DNA of 64,000 bases from Acidobacteriota bacterium (GTDB taxonomy: Bacteria > Acidobacteriota > UBA6911): the NCBI GenBank assembly GCA_963664705.1, contig OY761556.1, positions 6,080,001 to 6,144,000 of the forward strand. Direction: 5' to 3'. Position 1 is the first letter of the stretch; each line of letters begins with the position of its first letter. The translations under genes and the position numbers were made by a program. The notes beneath the pieces are model-generated. The model was given only the letters and a program-made list of their open reading frames with translations. It had not been told where the DNA came from and searched no databases. Of the stretch, positions 37,401 through 48,777 are shown piece after piece.

Positions 37401-38778
37401 CCCAGTTCAAGCCGTCGCCGACCTGGTAGTTGTTCGGGGTGGGGATGTAAGTCATGAACTTCTTGACGTAACCGCTTGCATCCGGAGTGCGGACTGCATC
37501 GTAAGCGGCGCCGTAGTTGACCCAATCGGATGTGGCAAAGCCGGTAGCGGCGTTGATCGTAACATCCGAGCAGTCGTTGGTCGAGGGCGTCTTCAGCAAT
37601 GGGCCGAATACGCTGAGGTAACGAAGCTGCGATACTGCTGTGTTGGCCGTGCCGTTGATATTCGGAACGACGATGTCTGTTCTGGGTGTTCCATCCGTAT
37701 TCACCGTGGGAACGGTGTAGGGGTTGGTCGAGTTGAAAGTCTGATTCGCATTCGGAGCGATGGTCAGAATGTTTCCGCCGTTGACATTGTCAAGATAGCG
37801 GAAGATGCCTTTGCGAGCGCAAGGCGTGGGAACCTGAACGTTTACGTTGTTCTGGCGGATCTTGGAGAACTGATGATCCCATGATGCGAAGAAGAACGTT
37901 TTGTTCTTGATTATCGGGCCGCCGATGCTGGCGGTGTATTCGTTCTGGTTGCGCCAGTCTCTGGCACGACCGATTTTGTTTTCGTACCACTCGTTGGCAT
38001 CAAGAGCGGTGTTCTGGTTGTTCCATACGAGGCTGCCATGATAGGCATTGCCGCCGGAACGGGTTACGACCGAAACCTGGCCATTGCCGCGTCCCATTTC
38101 AGCATCTACAGGAGCGAGAACCATCTTGAACTCGCCGACCATCTCAGGGTTCAGGTACACGGGCGAATTCAAACCGGTGGCATAGCGAACGTCGTTGGCC
38201 GTGACGCCGTCACGAGTCAGGTTGACGTTGGATGCGCTGACGCCTGCAAACTGCGTATCGTCGGCACCGAAAATCGGGTTTTCAGTGATGTTGACGCCGC
38301 CCATAACCTTTACCAGGCTGAGCACGTTGCTGTTGACGATCGGCAATTCCGATACTTTCTTTTCATCCAGTTTGGAGCCTGAAGAAGCGCTCTGGTCCAG
38401 GATCAGGTTTTCCGTCTGAACACTGACTTCAACCTGCTGTTCGAGCTTCTTGATTTCCAAGCTGAAATTCAAACGCACATTGGCATTGTTGCCAAGCTTG
38501 ACGTCTTTGAACGTCAGGGGCTGGAAACCGGACATTTCCCCAGTCACTTTATACATGCCTACCTGCAAGCCTGCAAAAGCGTACTGACCGGCGGCATTGG
38601 TGACCGCCGTTTTGGCAATGCCAGTCTCCGTATTCGTGGCCGTAATCGTAGCACCGGGCAGTACCGCCTGCGTTGCATCCGTAACAGTCCCGTTCAAACT
38701 AGCGTTCGACTGTCCGAAGGCGTTCGCAAAGAGGAACAGACACACCAGTGTTACTGCTGGTATGAACCTTTTTGTCAT
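34453..38778 (-). CDS. TonB-dependent receptor, Oar-like, with N-terminal carboxypeptidase-regulatory-like domain
   Basis: Signal peptide, 'LNGTVTDATQAVLPGATITATNTETG', 'IGGPIIKNKTFFF', 'QDDWRVTDSLTLNLGMRYD', C-terminal Phe ('KIRLDF'). Confidence 0.9.
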   Translation of the reverse strand: MTKRFIPAVTLVCLFLFANAFGQSNASLNGTVTDATQAVLPGATITATNTETGIAKTAVTNAAGQYAFAGLQVGMYKVTGEMSGFQPLTFKDVKLGNNANVRLNFSLEIKKLEQQVEVSVQTENLILDQSASSGSKLDEKKVSELPIVNSNVLSLVKVMGGVNITENPIFGADDTQFAGVSASNVNLTRDGVTANDVRYATGLNSPVYLNPEMVGEFKMVLAPVDAEMGRGNGQVSVVTRSGGNAYHGSLVWNNQNTALDANEWYENKIGRARDWRNQNEYTASIGGPIIKNKTFFFASWDHQFSKIRQNNVNVQVPTPCARKGIFRYLDNVNGGNILTIAPNANQTFNSTNPYTVPTVNTDGTPRTDIVVPNINGTANTAVSQLRYLSVFGPLLKTPSTNDCSDVTINAATGFATSDWVNYGAAYDAVRTPDASGYVKKFMTYIPTPNNYQVGDGLNWAGYRWVRHLDGGDNVYGLGEGPNRKQINFRIDHNFNAMHRISGTYSWETNHGEDSFPTLPQNSYGGIITRKPQSFSVNLVSTLKPTLLNEFRVGMMRTQSHVWNPLSNPATGEKLKQTLLDLYPQSSGIPVIIGLGQTSGAGFAIAGGVNVWGAGRGNFGATWGGYDPRFTYADTITWTKNRHSFRFGAETQRTKSYQEINGALSFTTGTDVRPSVRGGDVVASGFSANTGFHNPFTFGAATAMPTMAGGLYWGNVIPGAYRLLNVFAGNVTNVDQFRFVNTPTATAYNDITKGEDTRITDYRQNQLSFFMQDDWRVTDSLTLNLGMRYDWYGVPYIKGGMTAGLKGGATKVFGRSGSSFEDWMKPGTMNADGTVTYKGSDVELAFIGPDSANPDQQIYNDDLNNFGPVFGFAYQLPWFGKGKTVIRGGYQLSYMPAGRADAAGFTMPKISYQTSYTPNTAMPYINLSNLNSLLPVVPIPSYIVPVAANPIMPVQQRSQTVTVYDPELRTPYVQNLNLSVTRNITSNIILDVRYIGTLQRKQQGTFNINAANIWNNGLKEAFDAARSGGESALLDKMFNNINIAGYGYGPVGTVYNGVAQTGAMHLRAYSSTNANLANGNYIALAQTLATLNYVTTNAGNSGLPAIDTDTRGLVLRYNKFPENFIYTSPQFGTANWTGNLNHSNYHSLQTQVTMRPTHGVNFQATYTWSKNLGQLGYTDPRNRALDYGPNTMDRTHALAINGAFELPFGPGRALLNTNNGIISRIAGGWQMSWIANISSGRPFTLASTNTSLYANGVPDQVGPFNRQGEVVWNPGASTGSYWYDPQTKTDKYTLVADPQCNSVSTAQNLRTQCTLRAVALASDQSQLIFVNPYPTQRGNFGMMSLRQPGIWSADMAMSKAVKLTEGKTLQIRVDATNIFNHGQPTAGASQSGVVRTRVPGSPVATMGYYYDATDASYMYRPLGYMSSKVGARTFQAKIRLDF

Positions 38779-39446
38779 TTAAAATCCTCACCCATCGAAT
38801 ATGGTTGTTTCAAATTACTGTTAGCGAACAAACAACTGGAATTTCCCATGGGCAGAATAGCGTTTCAGTTAATCCGATAACGCATGATGCCACTTCCATT
38901 TTGGCCGTGAGGCATTGACACGCCTCTAGTTCGGCATTTCGTAAAAGTAGACAAATTTGCTAAGCTACTTCTAGAACTGGGCAATACCCTAGTCCTTATC
39001 TGGTGGGGGTGTCAACCACAAAAATAGACATAATGATAAGTATTTAAACAAGGGGATAATAATATACGCAATATGCTAAATCGGGTCAGGGTAGCTATGG
39101 TTTACATTTTGGCGTAATTAGGGCATGTCTGCTCTGTCATGAATTGCATGGAATTCATAGAATTATATCGGAGGCTTGGTCTGGAATAGAGCACCTTCCC
39201 TGTCGCACAAGCCTGAGCCTCAAGGCGCAAACGGACCGCCGGGTGCCCTGCGGGTGGTCGTATTTTGCTTAATGGCTGCAAAATTTTTGACCGAAATGAA
39301 ACTTAGTATGAGATACTGGAATGTTTTGCGAGGGTGGATGGTTGCCTCCCCTGGAAGGGCGGCTGTTCACAGATGGACCTTTAATTCTTCCTTCTATCCA
39401 AAATCGCAGTTCCTGCGGCAGAAGGTATTCGTGTGGGAGTGTATTC

Positions 39447-40961
39447 ATGGCAATTTTGACTGAGCGTGTCGAGTGCAAGGAAATGCTCGACAAGCTGATG
39501 CCTGTTGAGGAAGCCGTAAAATTCGTGCAGGACCGTTGCAAGATCGCAATCAGCGGCTTCACCAAAACCGGCGAACCGAAAATGTTTATTCCGGCGCTTG
39601 CCCGGTACCTGGCCCAGTATGCTCCCAAGACCAAGATTGGGCTTTTCAGCGGGGCGTCTCTTTCCGAAGACGTGGAAAACCCAATCGCTTCCTTTGTCGG
39701 GAAGCGCGGCCCTTACATGTCCTCCAGTGCATCACGCAAGCTCATCAATTCCGGGGAAATGGACTTCACCGATGTCCATCTTTCCCACTTTGCGCGCAAT
39801 ATTCTCTACGGGTTTTACGGGGACATCGATCTGGCCGTGGTTGAGGCTTCGAGAATACTTCCCAATGGGAACGTTGTCTTGTCGGCTTCGGTAGGAATTT
39901 CCGCCGAAGCGCTGCAGAAGGCTAAGAAGATCATTCTGGAAATCAATCCATCCATTCCGGATTATACTGGATTCCACGACATCGCCCTCCCCGGAGTTTT
40001 CCCGCGCGCGAGCTGGCCGATTCCTATCACAAACGTTTCCGATCGTGTCGGCACTCCCTATGTCGAAATCGACAAGAGCAAGGTCGTCGCGATCATTGAG
40101 TCGGATAAGCCGGATTATCCCGTGGGCTTCAAACCGACTACCGATGTCGATCGCAAGATCGCTCAAAACGTCATTGAGTTCCTCCTGTATTGCCATAAGA
40201 CGTTCAATTGGGGCGATCGGCTTCCGCCGCTTCAGTCCGGAGTCGGGAATGTGGCAAATGCAATCGTTGGCGAGCTCTACAAGTCCAGGTTCCAGAGAAT
40301 CCGGTTCTGGACGGAGGTATTCCAGGACGGCATGATGAAGTTTGTCGAGGATGATGACAAATTTGAAAGCGCATCCTCCACGGCCTTTTCCTTCTCTGAG
40401 CAGGGCCGGCACGAGTTCATGCGCCTGTTCAAGGAATGCCGCGAGAAGGTGACGCTCCGACCGATGTGGCTGTCCAATAACGGCGAACTGATTTCCCGGC
40501 TATTTGTCATCGCCATGAACACGCCGATTGAGGTCGACATTTACGGGCATGTCAATTCGACGCATGTCGATGGCTCGAGGGTTGTCAATGGGTTGGGCGG
40601 TAGCGGTGACTTTTTCCGCCACGCTTACCTCAGCATCGTGCATACTCCCTCCGTGCGCAAACTGAAGGATGGGCGAACCGTCAGCTGTGTCATGCCCTAT
40701 GTCCGGCATATCGATCACACCGAGCATGATATTCATTGCGTCGTTACCGAGCAGGGATTTGCCCTGAATACGGAAATTCGATCGGCGCGGCGCCGTGCGG
40801 AAGACATCATCTCGAACTGTGCGCACCCGCATTTCCGACCCGTACTGCGCGATTACGTGCGATTTGCCGGCGGCGGGGACGAACCACGTCCGACGAATAT
40901 GGATATCCTGCAGGGCTGGTGGCGGGAGTACGACGAGGCCTGCCGCAATTTTCCGGAATAA
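39447..40961 (+). CDS. Acetyl-CoA hydrolase/transferase family (acetate:succinate CoA-transferase-like)
   Basis: 'SGFTKTGEPK', 'DVHLSH', 'LQSGVGNVANA', 'TEVFQD', 'EVDIYGHVNSTH', 'NGLGGSGDF', 'VTEQG', 'CAHP'. Confidence 0.9.
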   Translation: MAILTERVECKEMLDKLMPVEEAVKFVQDRCKIAISGFTKTGEPKMFIPALARYLAQYAPKTKIGLFSGASLSEDVENPIASFVGKRGPYMSSSASRKLINSGEMDFTDVHLSHFARNILYGFYGDIDLAVVEASRILPNGNVVLSASVGISAEALQKAKKIILEINPSIPDYTGFHDIALPGVFPRASWPIPITNVSDRVGTPYVEIDKSKVVAIIESDKPDYPVGFKPTTDVDRKIAQNVIEFLLYCHKTFNWGDRLPPLQSGVGNVANAIVGELYKSRFQRIRFWTEVFQDGMMKFVEDDDKFESASSTAFSFSEQGRHEFMRLFKECREKVTLRPMWLSNNGELISRLFVIAMNTPIEVDIYGHVNSTHVDGSRVVNGLGGSGDFFRHAYLSIVHTPSVRKLKDGRTVSCVMPYVRHIDHTEHDIHCVVTEQGFALNTEIRSARRRAEDIISNCAHPHFRPVLRDYVRFAGGGDEPRPTNMDILQGWWREYDEACRNFPE

Positions 40962-40971
40962 TTCAGATTGC

Positions 40972-41019
40972 AAAAGCAGCCACGAATTTCCCGAATCCGC
41001 GAAATTCGTGGCTGCTTTT
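40972..41019. terminator. Bidirectional intrinsic terminator
   Basis: AAAAGCAGCCACGAATTTC / GAAATTCGTGGCTGCTTTT between convergent genes. Confidence 0.85.
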
Positions 41020-42432
41020 TTATCTATTGACTCGCAGGTATTGATCCATCGCGCGCGCGGCCTGGCGGCCTTCCGCAATTGCCCAGACCACGAGGGACTG
41101 CCCGCGCCGCATATCTCCCGCCGCAAACACTCCTTTGGCGGACGTCATGTAATTGCCGTCTGACGCAACGTTGCCCCTGGGGTCCAGTTGAATGCCGAGT
41201 TCTTCGAACATGCCGTTTGGAGAAGGTCCCGTAAATCCCAGTGCCAGCAAAACGAGGTCGGCCTCAAGCTCGAATTCCGACCCTGGAACGGGTTCGAACC
41301 CGGGCGGAGGGCCAACGCGGATGGCATGCAGCTTCGTCAGATTGCCCTGAGCATCTCCCGTAAACCGAACGGTGGATGCGCTCCATTCGCGCGCGCCGCC
41401 TTCTTCGTGAGAGCTTTCAACCCGCAGCATCAGAGGCCACAGCGGCCAGGGAGTCTGGGGAGCGCGCTCCTGCGGAGGCATTGGCATGATCTCGAGTTGG
41501 TGAATCGACAAAGCCCGCTGCCGATGCGCCGTGCCCAGGCAATCCGCGCCGGTATCCCCGCCGCCCAGGACAACTACCCGCCTGCCGCTTGCCAGAATCT
41601 CATCCCGGGCTTCACTGCGATCTCCCGCGCATTGATGGTTCTGGCGGCGCAGGAAATCCATCGCAAAATGGATGCCTTTCAAATCACGACCCGGCACGGT
41701 CAAATCTCTCGGTTTCTCCGAGCCTCCGGCCAGAAGGATTGCATCGAATTTTCTGCGCAATGTCGAAGCCTCAACATTGACGCCGACATGAGCTCCGGTC
41801 TGGAATTCGATTCCTTCCTTTTCAAGCTGCTCGATCCTGCGGTCGAGCACCGCTTTCTCCAGCTTAAAATCCGGGATTCCATAGCGCAGCAATCCGCCGA
41901 CACGATCTGCTTTTTCGTAAACGACTACATTGTGTCCGGCACGATTCAACTGCTGTGCGGCCGCAAGTCCGGCCGGTCCTGATCCGATGACGGCGACTCT
42001 CTTGCCCGATCGGGAGTCGGGCGGTTCCGGGCGGATCCACCCTTCGCGGAAAGCGCGCTCGACGATAGCGCTTTCAATCTGCTTGATCGTGACGGGAGGC
42101 TCGTTAATCCCGAGAACGCAAGATGCTTCGCAGGGCGCCGGGCAGATCAGCCCGGTAAACTCAGGGAAGTTGTTTGTAGAGTGCAGCACCCGGATCGCTT
42201 CCTGCCAGCGGTTTCGATAAACAAGGTCATTCCATTCCGGAATGTAATTGTTCAACGGACAGCCGGCGTGGCAGAAGGGGACCCCACAATCCATGCATCT
42301 TGCCCCCTGCCTCTGCAATTTGTCATCCGGCAGCGGCGTATAAACCGGGAAGAAATCCTGGATGCGCTCCTGAACCGGGCGCCGGTCCGATGTTTCCCTC
42401 GAAAACTCCATAAAACCAGTTACTTTACCCAT
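41020..42432 (-). CDS. gltD: Glutamate synthase small subunit
   Basis: '[10 protein letters not shown]', '[13 protein letters not shown]', '[16 protein letters not shown]', 'GSGPAGL', '[14 protein letters not shown]'. Confidence 0.96.
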   Translation of the reverse strand: MGKVTGFMEFSRETSDRRPVQERIQDFFPVYTPLPDDKLQRQGARCMDCGVPFCHAGCPLNNYIPEWNDLVYRNRWQEAIRVLHSTNNFPEFTGLICPAPCEASCVLGINEPPVTIKQIESAIVERAFREGWIRPEPPDSRSGKRVAVIGSGPAGLAAAQQLNRAGHNVVVYEKADRVGGLLRYGIPDFKLEKAVLDRRIEQLEKEGIEFQTGAHVGVNVEASTLRRKFDAILLAGGSEKPRDLTVPGRDLKGIHFAMDFLRRQNHQCAGDRSEARDEILASGRRVVVLGGGDTGADCLGTAHRQRALSIHQLEIMPMPPQERAPQTPWPLWPLMLRVESSHEEGGAREWSASTVRFTGDAQGNLTKLHAIRVGPPPGFEPVPGSEFELEADLVLLALGFTGPSPNGMFEELGIQLDPRGNVASDGNYMTSAKGVFAAGDMRRGQSLVVWAIAEGRQAARAMDQYLRVNR

Positions 42433-45400
42433 TGACGACCTGCCTTGCTTTCCGGCCGGCATCCTTGCTTTTGGCCAGAACCTTCTTAAATTCCTGGGGA
42501 AAAACCTTGACGAATTGCGGCAGCATAGCATCCCAATCATCCAGGATTTTGCGTGCGCGCGGGCTTCCCGTGACTGCATGGTGACGTTCGATCAAATTTC
42601 GAAGAAGAGCTTTGTCTTCCGTTTCCAATGGATCAAAGTCCACGCCGGCCCGGTTGCAGCGAACGGATTGGAACTCTCCCGTTTCATCGAGTACGTAGGC
42701 AACGCCGCCCGTCATGCCGGCAGCAAAATTCCTCCCGGTCGGTCCCAGGATCACAACCGTTCCGCGGGTCATGTACTCGCATCCATGGTCGCCGACGCCC
42801 TCGACGACGGCAGTGGCTCCCGAGTTTCTGACGGCAAACCTTTCTCCCGCCATCCCGTTAAAAAAGGCCTCCCCGCTGGTCGCGCCGTAAAGGACTACAT
42901 TGCCTACAATGATGCTTTTCTCCGGCGAGAACTTGGATCCCTTGGGCGGATACACCACGACACGGCCGCCCGACAGACCCTTGCCCACGTAATCGTTGGC
43001 ATCCCCCTCGAGAGTGAGGGTAACGCCTTTAGCCAGGAATGCACCAAAACTTTGTCCGGCGGAGCCGTTAAAGTGAAAACGAACCGTGTCGTCCGGCAAT
43101 CCGGCGGATCCTGTGCGCCGGGCAATTTCTCCGCTCAGCATGGCGCCAACGGTGCGGTGAACGTTTCGAATAGGCAGTTTCAGCTCCATCGCGGTTCCGG
43201 TTTCCAGGGCATCGCGGGCATGATCGATGAGCTTGTAGTCGAGAGCCTGCTCGAGCCCATGATCCTGCTGGATGGCGCAACGTCTGCCTACCCTTCCGGG
43301 GACCGGTGGATTATAAAGAATTGACGAAAGGTTGATCCCTTTGGCTTTCCAATGAGAGATCGTGTCCTGCATATCCAGCATATCCACTCGGCCGATCATT
43401 TCGTCCATGGTCGCAAAGCCCATCTCCGCCATCAACTCGCGCACCTCTTCCGCGACAAAAAAGAAATAGTTGATGAGATGCTCCGGCTGGCCATCAAACT
43501 TGCGGCGCAGCGTCGGATCCTGGGTTGCGATACCGACAGGGCAGGTGTTCAGATGGCATTTGCGCATCATGATGCAGCCGAGTGAAACCAGAGGTGCCGT
43601 CGAGAATCCAAATTCCTCCGCGCCAAGCAGCGCGGCGATCGCGACATCACGTCCCGTCTGGAGTTTGCCGTCGGTCTGCAGGCGGACGCGGCTGCGCAAA
43701 TCGTTCATGACCAGCACCTGCTGGGTTTCGGCCAGCCCCAGTTCCCAGGGGATGCCGGAGTGCTTGATTGCCGTCAGCGGCGAGGCGCCGGTTCCTCCGT
43801 CATGCCCGCTGATCAGGACTACATCGGCATGTGCTTTTGCCACTCCCGCTGCGACAACGCCTACCCCGACTTCCGCAACAAGCTTGACCGAAATGCGGGC
43901 CTGGGGGTTCACATTCTTCAAGTCGTAGATAAGCTGAGCCAGATCCTCGATGGAATAGATATCGTGATGCGGCGGAGGTGAGATCAGTTGCACTCCCGGC
44001 GTGGAATGGCGCACGCGGGCGATTACTTCATCCACCTTGTGTCCCGGAAGCTGACCGCCCTCTCCCGGCTTGGCACCCTGCGCTACTTTGATCTGGAGTT
44101 CTTCCGCGTTGACCAGGTAATTCGCGGTGACGCCAAAACGTCCCGAGGCGACCTGCTTGATTGCGCTGCGCCGCAGGTCCCCATTGGCGTCGCGGGTGAA
44201 ACGTTCCTCGTCCTCTCCCCCTTCGCCCGTATTCGACCGGGCGCCGATGCGGTTCATTGCGATGGCCAGCGTTTCATGCGCCTCTTTGCTGATGGACCCG
44301 TAGGACATGGCTCCCGTGGCAAAACGCTTCACCAGCTCGCTTGCCGGCTCGACCTTATCCAGGGGGATGGCATGGGCCGTCTTCCTCAGCTTCATCAGGC
44401 CGCGAATCGTGCAAAGCTGCCGGCTTTGATCATTTATCAGCCTGGAATATTCCTGGTACGTTTCATAGCTGGATGAGCGGACGGATTGACGCAGTTTGCT
44501 GATCGTCTCCGGATTGAAGAGATGATATTCACCATCGGCGCGATATTGATAGCGTCCGCCTGTTTCCAGCTCGGGATCGTAGTCGGCGACTCCCTTGAAT
44601 GCGTAATCATGGCGGAACTTGACCTCCCTGGCCAGGACATCGAGATCCACGCCTTCAATGCGCGAAGAGGTCCCGGTGAAGTACTGGTCAACGATGGATT
44701 TGTTCAGCCCGATCGCCTCAAAACACTGTGCGCCCTGATAGCTCTGCAGCGTCGAGATCCCCATTTTTGAAAGTACCTTCAGCAGCCCTTTGTTGATGGC
44801 TTTCTCATAGTTTTGAAGCGCCGCCTCGAAAGATAAACCCTCCGGCAGCCATCCATGCCGATGCAGATCTTCGATGGTTTCTACCGCCAGGTATGGATTG
44901 ACGGCACTGGCCCCATAGCCGAGAAGCAGTGCAAAGTGCATGACTTCCCGAGGTTCCCCGGATTCCACGATGATGGCGACCTGAGTTCGCGTTTTTTCGC
45001 GGACCAGGTGGTTATGTACGGCAGTCAGGGCAAGCAGGCTCGGGATCGGGGCATATTCTTTTTCGATGCCGCGATCCGAGAGTATCAGGATGGTGTATCC
45101 CGATTTGATGGCCAGCGAGGCGCGGCGGCAAAGCCCAACGAGAGCTCTTTCCAGTTCGGCTCCCCCGCCGTCCACGCGAAAGAATGCCGGTAGAGTCGTT
45201 GCCAGAAAATCTCCCCAGGACAGACGGCGCAGCTTTTCCAAATCGTGATTCGTAAGAATCGGGTATTTGAGCTTCAACGTATGACAATGCTGAGGCGTTT
45301 CATCCAGAAGATTGCGCTCGCTTCCGATGAAGCTGGAGAGCGACATCACCATTTCTTCCCGAATCGGATCGATCGCCGGATTGGTCACCTGCGCAAAGAG

Positions 45401-46978
45401 CTGCTTGAAATAATCGAACAGAAGCTGGGGCTTATCCGAAAGGCATGCCAGGGGAGTGTCCGTTCCCATGGAGCCGACCGGTTCCTGCCCCTGCGCGGCC
45501 ATCGGTGCAAGAATAAGCTGAAGCTCTTCGCGCGTATATCCGAAAGACCGTTGTCTTTGCAGTATGGATTCAAAATCAGTCTGCTGCCATCGCGGCGGAT
45601 CCGGCAGCGCCTCGAGGGTTGCCTGGTTTTCGTCGAGCCATTGCCGATAAGGCTGACGCTTTGCCAGTGTCTCCTTGATTTCCTGATCCGGAATAATCTG
45701 TTTGGCTTCCAGATCCACAAGCAGCATTCGGCCCGGCTGCAGCCTGCCCTTGAAACGGATATCCTCCGGCTTGACCGGAAGAACCCCTGTCTCTGACGCC
45801 ATTACAATCGTGTCATCGTGCGTGACCAGGTAACGTGCCGGACGGAGTCCGTTGCGGTCGAGCGTTGCGCCAATGACGCGTCCATCCGTAAAGGCGATAG
45901 CCGCCGGCCCATCCCACGGTTCAATCAGCGAAGCGTGGTATTCGTAAAAGGCCTTTCTATCCGCCGGCATGGCCGGATCGCCATCCCAGGCTTCCGGGAT
46001 GAGCATAGCCATGGCATGCGGAAGGCTGCGTCCGGCCATGTATAGCAATTCGACCACATTGTCGAGACCCGCGGAATCACTGCCTCCCGGCGTCACGATG
46101 GGGAAGAGCTTCTGCATATCCTCTCCGAACAGGGGAGAGGACAGTATGGATTGCCGGGCATCCATCCAGGCGGCGTTCCCGCGAATCGTGTTGATTTCGC
46201 CGTTGTGGCAGATGAAATGAAAGGGATGAGCCAGTTTCCAGGTAGGGAACGTGTTGGTTGAAAAGCGCTGGTGTACCAGGCAGAGAGCACTCTCGGTCAG
46301 CGGATCAGAAAGCTCCTTGTAAAAGCTTGCAATCTGCGTCGCGAGGAGCAAACCCTTGTAAACAATAGTCCTTGACGAAAGAGACGGGATGCTGAAAAAG
46401 CTCTTGTCGCGGACCTCGGAGTTTTCCACTTCGGATTCGGCGCGTTTCCTGATGATGTACAGTTTTCGTTCCAGCGTCTCCTGATCCATGCCTGGAGCGC
46501 GGCGGATGAATATTTGCTGTATATAGGGTTGCGAAGCTCTGGCAACCCGACCAATCGCATCGACCGCAATCGGCGTGTCTCTCCATCCTAGAATTCCAAG
46601 GCCCTCTTCGCGGATGATGCGTTCGAGAATTCCCTCGCAAAGAAAACGCTGATGCCTTTCCACCGGCAGAAATACCATGCCTACGCCGTATTCGCCCGGC
46701 AGCGGCAAGGTGAATCCGAGGCGTGCGCATTCCCGTTCGAAAAAAGCGTGGGGGATCTGGATCAGGACGCCGGCACCGTCTCCTGTGATCGGATCGCTGC
46801 CGCTGGCGCCCCTGTGCTGCAGATTGACCAGGATCTGGATACCTTTCAGGATGATATCGTGCGATCGCACGCCCTGAATGTTGGCAATGAATCCAATCCC
46901 GCAGGCGTCTCGCTCAAAGCGAGGATCATAGAGTCCCTGCGCGCCTGGGATATTATTGACATATCTTTGCTCGTTCAT
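42425..46978 (-). CDS. gltB: Glutamate synthase large subunit
   Basis: 'DACGIGFIA', '[10 protein letters not shown]', 'WDGPA', '[12 protein letters not shown]', '[15 protein letters not shown]', GXGXG C-terminal domain. Confidence 0.98.
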   Translation of the reverse strand: MNEQRYVNNIPGAQGLYDPRFERDACGIGFIANIQGVRSHDIILKGIQILVNLQHRGASGSDPITGDGAGVLIQIPHAFFERECARLGFTLPLPGEYGVGMVFLPVERHQRFLCEGILERIIREEGLGILGWRDTPIAVDAIGRVARASQPYIQQIFIRRAPGMDQETLERKLYIIRKRAESEVENSEVRDKSFFSIPSLSSRTIVYKGLLLATQIASFYKELSDPLTESALCLVHQRFSTNTFPTWKLAHPFHFICHNGEINTIRGNAAWMDARQSILSSPLFGEDMQKLFPIVTPGGSDSAGLDNVVELLYMAGRSLPHAMAMLIPEAWDGDPAMPADRKAFYEYHASLIEPWDGPAAIAFTDGRVIGATLDRNGLRPARYLVTHDDTIVMASETGVLPVKPEDIRFKGRLQPGRMLLVDLEAKQIIPDQEIKETLAKRQPYRQWLDENQATLEALPDPPRWQQTDFESILQRQRSFGYTREELQLILAPMAAQGQEPVGSMGTDTPLACLSDKPQLLFDYFKQLFAQVTNPAIDPIREEMVMSLSSFIGSERNLLDETPQHCHTLKLKYPILTNHDLEKLRRLSWGDFLATTLPAFFRVDGGGAELERALVGLCRRASLAIKSGYTILILSDRGIEKEYAPIPSLLALTAVHNHLVREKTRTQVAIIVESGEPREVMHFALLLGYGASAVNPYLAVETIEDLHRHGWLPEGLSFEAALQNYEKAINKGLLKVLSKMGISTLQSYQGAQCFEAIGLNKSIVDQYFTGTSSRIEGVDLDVLAREVKFRHDYAFKGVADYDPELETGGRYQYRADGEYHLFNPETISKLRQSVRSSSYETYQEYSRLINDQSRQLCTIRGLMKLRKTAHAIPLDKVEPASELVKRFATGAMSYGSISKEAHETLAIAMNRIGARSNTGEGGEDEERFTRDANGDLRRSAIKQVASGRFGVTANYLVNAEELQIKVAQGAKPGEGGQLPGHKVDEVIARVRHSTPGVQLISPPPHHDIYSIEDLAQLIYDLKNVNPQARISVKLVAEVGVGVVAAGVAKAHADVVLISGHDGGTGASPLTAIKHSGIPWELGLAETQQVLVMNDLRSRVRLQTDGKLQTGRDVAIAALLGAEEFGFSTAPLVSLGCIMMRKCHLNTCPVGIATQDPTLRRKFDGQPEHLINYFFFVAEEVRELMAEMGFATMDEMIGRVDMLDMQDTISHWKAKGINLSSILYNPPVPGRVGRRCAIQQDHGLEQALDYKLIDHARDALETGTAMELKLPIRNVHRTVGAMLSGEIARRTGSAGLPDDTVRFHFNGSAGQSFGAFLAKGVTLTLEGDANDYVGKGLSGGRVVVYPPKGSKFSPEKSIIVGNVVLYGATSGEAFFNGMAGERFAVRNSGATAVVEGVGDHGCEYMTRGTVVILGPTGRNFAAGMTGGVAYVLDETGEFQSVRCNRAGVDFDPLETEDKALLRNLIERHHAVTGSPRARKILDDWDAMLPQFVKVFPQEFKKVLAKSKDAGRKARQVVNG

Positions 46979-47244
46979 CCCGGCAATACCTTTCCTTGCG
47001 GGGGCTGATAAATGCCCCTATTTCCCCCAAACCTGTTTTGGGGTTTTATTAACGGAAGCATGCCCGCGCACCAAAAACGGTAATGACTTTCCGGCCTGAA
47101 TTCAATAGCATCCTTGGACCCTTCCCGGTTTGATGCCGTGCAGAGGCCAGGTATTTCGCACGATTCCTGAGTCCGCGATGCAAATACGCCGCCGGCCGCG
47201 CGAGTTTCTCGGACGGTCCCGCAGAAGCTCCGGGTTTGAATCTG

Positions 47245-48777
47245 TTACTTGCGGAAGCGCCCGCAATCGATGCCGTACTTCTTCACTTTGTAATTGAGCA
47301 CGCGTTCCGTTGAACTCAGCAGTCGGGCTGCCCGACTGCAATTCCCGCGTGTCGTCTTCAATGCATCCTGGATCAGGTCCTTCTCATAGGACGCGATCGC
47401 TTCGGTCAGGGACACGCGAACAACGGTGCCGGAGGATTCAGCGGTCTGCAGCGTGGGGGGGAGATGATGCGCGTGAATCACAGTGCCGTCGCAGATGAGC
47501 ACGGCGCGCTCCATGGCGTTTTCCAGTTCACGCACGTTGCCGGGCCAGTGATAGCTCATCAGCATGTCGATGGCCGGCGTGGAGATCCGCTTGATGTTCT
47601 TGCTGTGTTCTTTGGTATATTTCTCCAGGAAGTAGTCGGCCAAGGCCATGACATCCGGTTTTCGCTCGCGCAGCGGCGGGATGAAGATCGTGAAGACATT
47701 CAGCCGGTAATAAAGATCCTCGCGGAAGGTTCCCTCGGTAATCGCTTTTTCAAGGTCCTTGTTGGTTGCCGTAATGAGGCGGACCTTGATTTTGATGGTC
47801 TCCGTGCTTCCTAACCGCTCAAACTCACGCTCCTGGAGGACGCGGAGCAGTTTGATCTGCGTGGTCAGGTTCAAATCACCGATTTCGTCCAGGAAAAGCG
47901 TCCCCCCTTCCGCAAGTTCAAATCTCCCCAGTTTCCTGGACTGAGCTCCTGTAAACGCTCCCTTCTCATAGCCGAACAATTCCGATTCGATCAGTGTGTC
48001 CGGCAGTGCCGCACAGCTTACCTTCACAAAAGGCTTCTTGGCACGAGGGGAATTGTAGTGAATGGCATGGGCAATAAGTTCCTTGCCGGTGCCGGATTCG
48101 CCCCGGATGAGCACGGAGGTGTTAGTTCCCGCCACCTGCGCGATCTGCTCGTAGACCTGCCGCATGCTGCCGCTGCCACCCACCATGTTGGAAAAATCGT
48201 AGCGTTCGCGCAGTTCTTCTCGAAGATGGATATTTTCTGCGACAAGCTTCTGCGTTTCTGCCTGCACCAGGTGCTCCACCCGGACCGCTTGGCCCATCAG
48301 GCCGGCAATGACGCGCAGGAATTTAACGTCACGGTCGTAATCCCGATCCTTGCGGAAGAAAAGATCGACGCCCAGCGCGCCAACGGTTTTGCGTCCGACC
48401 ACGATCGGTACGCAGATAAAACTCAGTTCCTCTTTGAGCCCTTTCCTTTGTGCGGCTCGGTTCAACAGCATCGGCTCACGGCTCACCTGCGGAACAATAA
48501 CCGGCTTGCTGCTTTCAACAACGCGTCCGGTTACTCCCTCGCCCAGCTTGTAGCGCGCGCGCTGCCCGTCAGCTGTAATGCCGTTGGATGCTTCGATGAA
48601 GAGCTCATTGTCATTATTCAACAGCGTCACAGCGCTTCGAAACATGCCATGGCGCTGCTCCAGAATCTCCAAAACGCGATGCAGCGAATGCTTGAGGTTG
48701 AGCGTTGCGGACAAAACCTGGCTCAATTCCAATAGTGTCGCCAGTTTCTTGCTTTCATTCGATTCGGCATGTTGCAT
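47245..48777 (-). CDS. GAF-domain sigma54-dependent transcriptional activator (NifA-like)
   Basis: N-terminal GAF, 'GESGTGKE', 'GAFTGA', 'LFLDEIG', 'WPGNVRELEN', C-terminal HTH. Confidence 0.92.
   Translation of the reverse strand: MQHAESNESKKLATLLELSQVLSATLNLKHSLHRVLEILEQRHGMFRSAVTLLNNDNELFIEASNGITADGQRARYKLGEGVTGRVVESSKPVIVPQVSREPMLLNRAAQRKGLKEELSFICVPIVVGRKTVGALGVDLFFRKDRDYDRDVKFLRVIAGLMGQAVRVEHLVQAETQKLVAENIHLREELRERYDFSNMVGGSGSMRQVYEQIAQVAGTNTSVLIRGESGTGKELIAHAIHYNSPRAKKPFVKVSCAALPDTLIESELFGYEKGAFTGAQSRKLGRFELAEGGTLFLDEIGDLNLTTQIKLLRVLQEREFERLGSTETIKIKVRLITATNKDLEKAITEGTFREDLYYRLNVFTIFIPPLRERKPDVMALADYFLEKYTKEHSKNIKRISTPAIDMLMSYHWPGNVRELENAMERAVLICDGTVIHAHHLPPTLQTAESSGTVVRVSLTEAIASYEKDLIQDALKTTRGNCSRAARLLSSTERVLNYKVKKYGIDCGRFRK

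Noticed and set aside
34639-37884. Long plus-strand ORFs (395 aa and 393 aa) inside the TonB receptor
   Set aside because: Antisense shadows caused by strong codon bias, with no protein motifs.
39195-39270. Possible c-di-GMP or c-di-AMP riboswitch upstream of the CoA-transferase gene
   Set aside because: There is only a GCAAAC word and a hairpin, and the remaining consensus elements were not found.
47245-48777. Calling the activator nifA, implying nitrogen fixation
   Set aside because: The domain architecture is shared by many enhancer-binding proteins, and no nif genes are present in the window.
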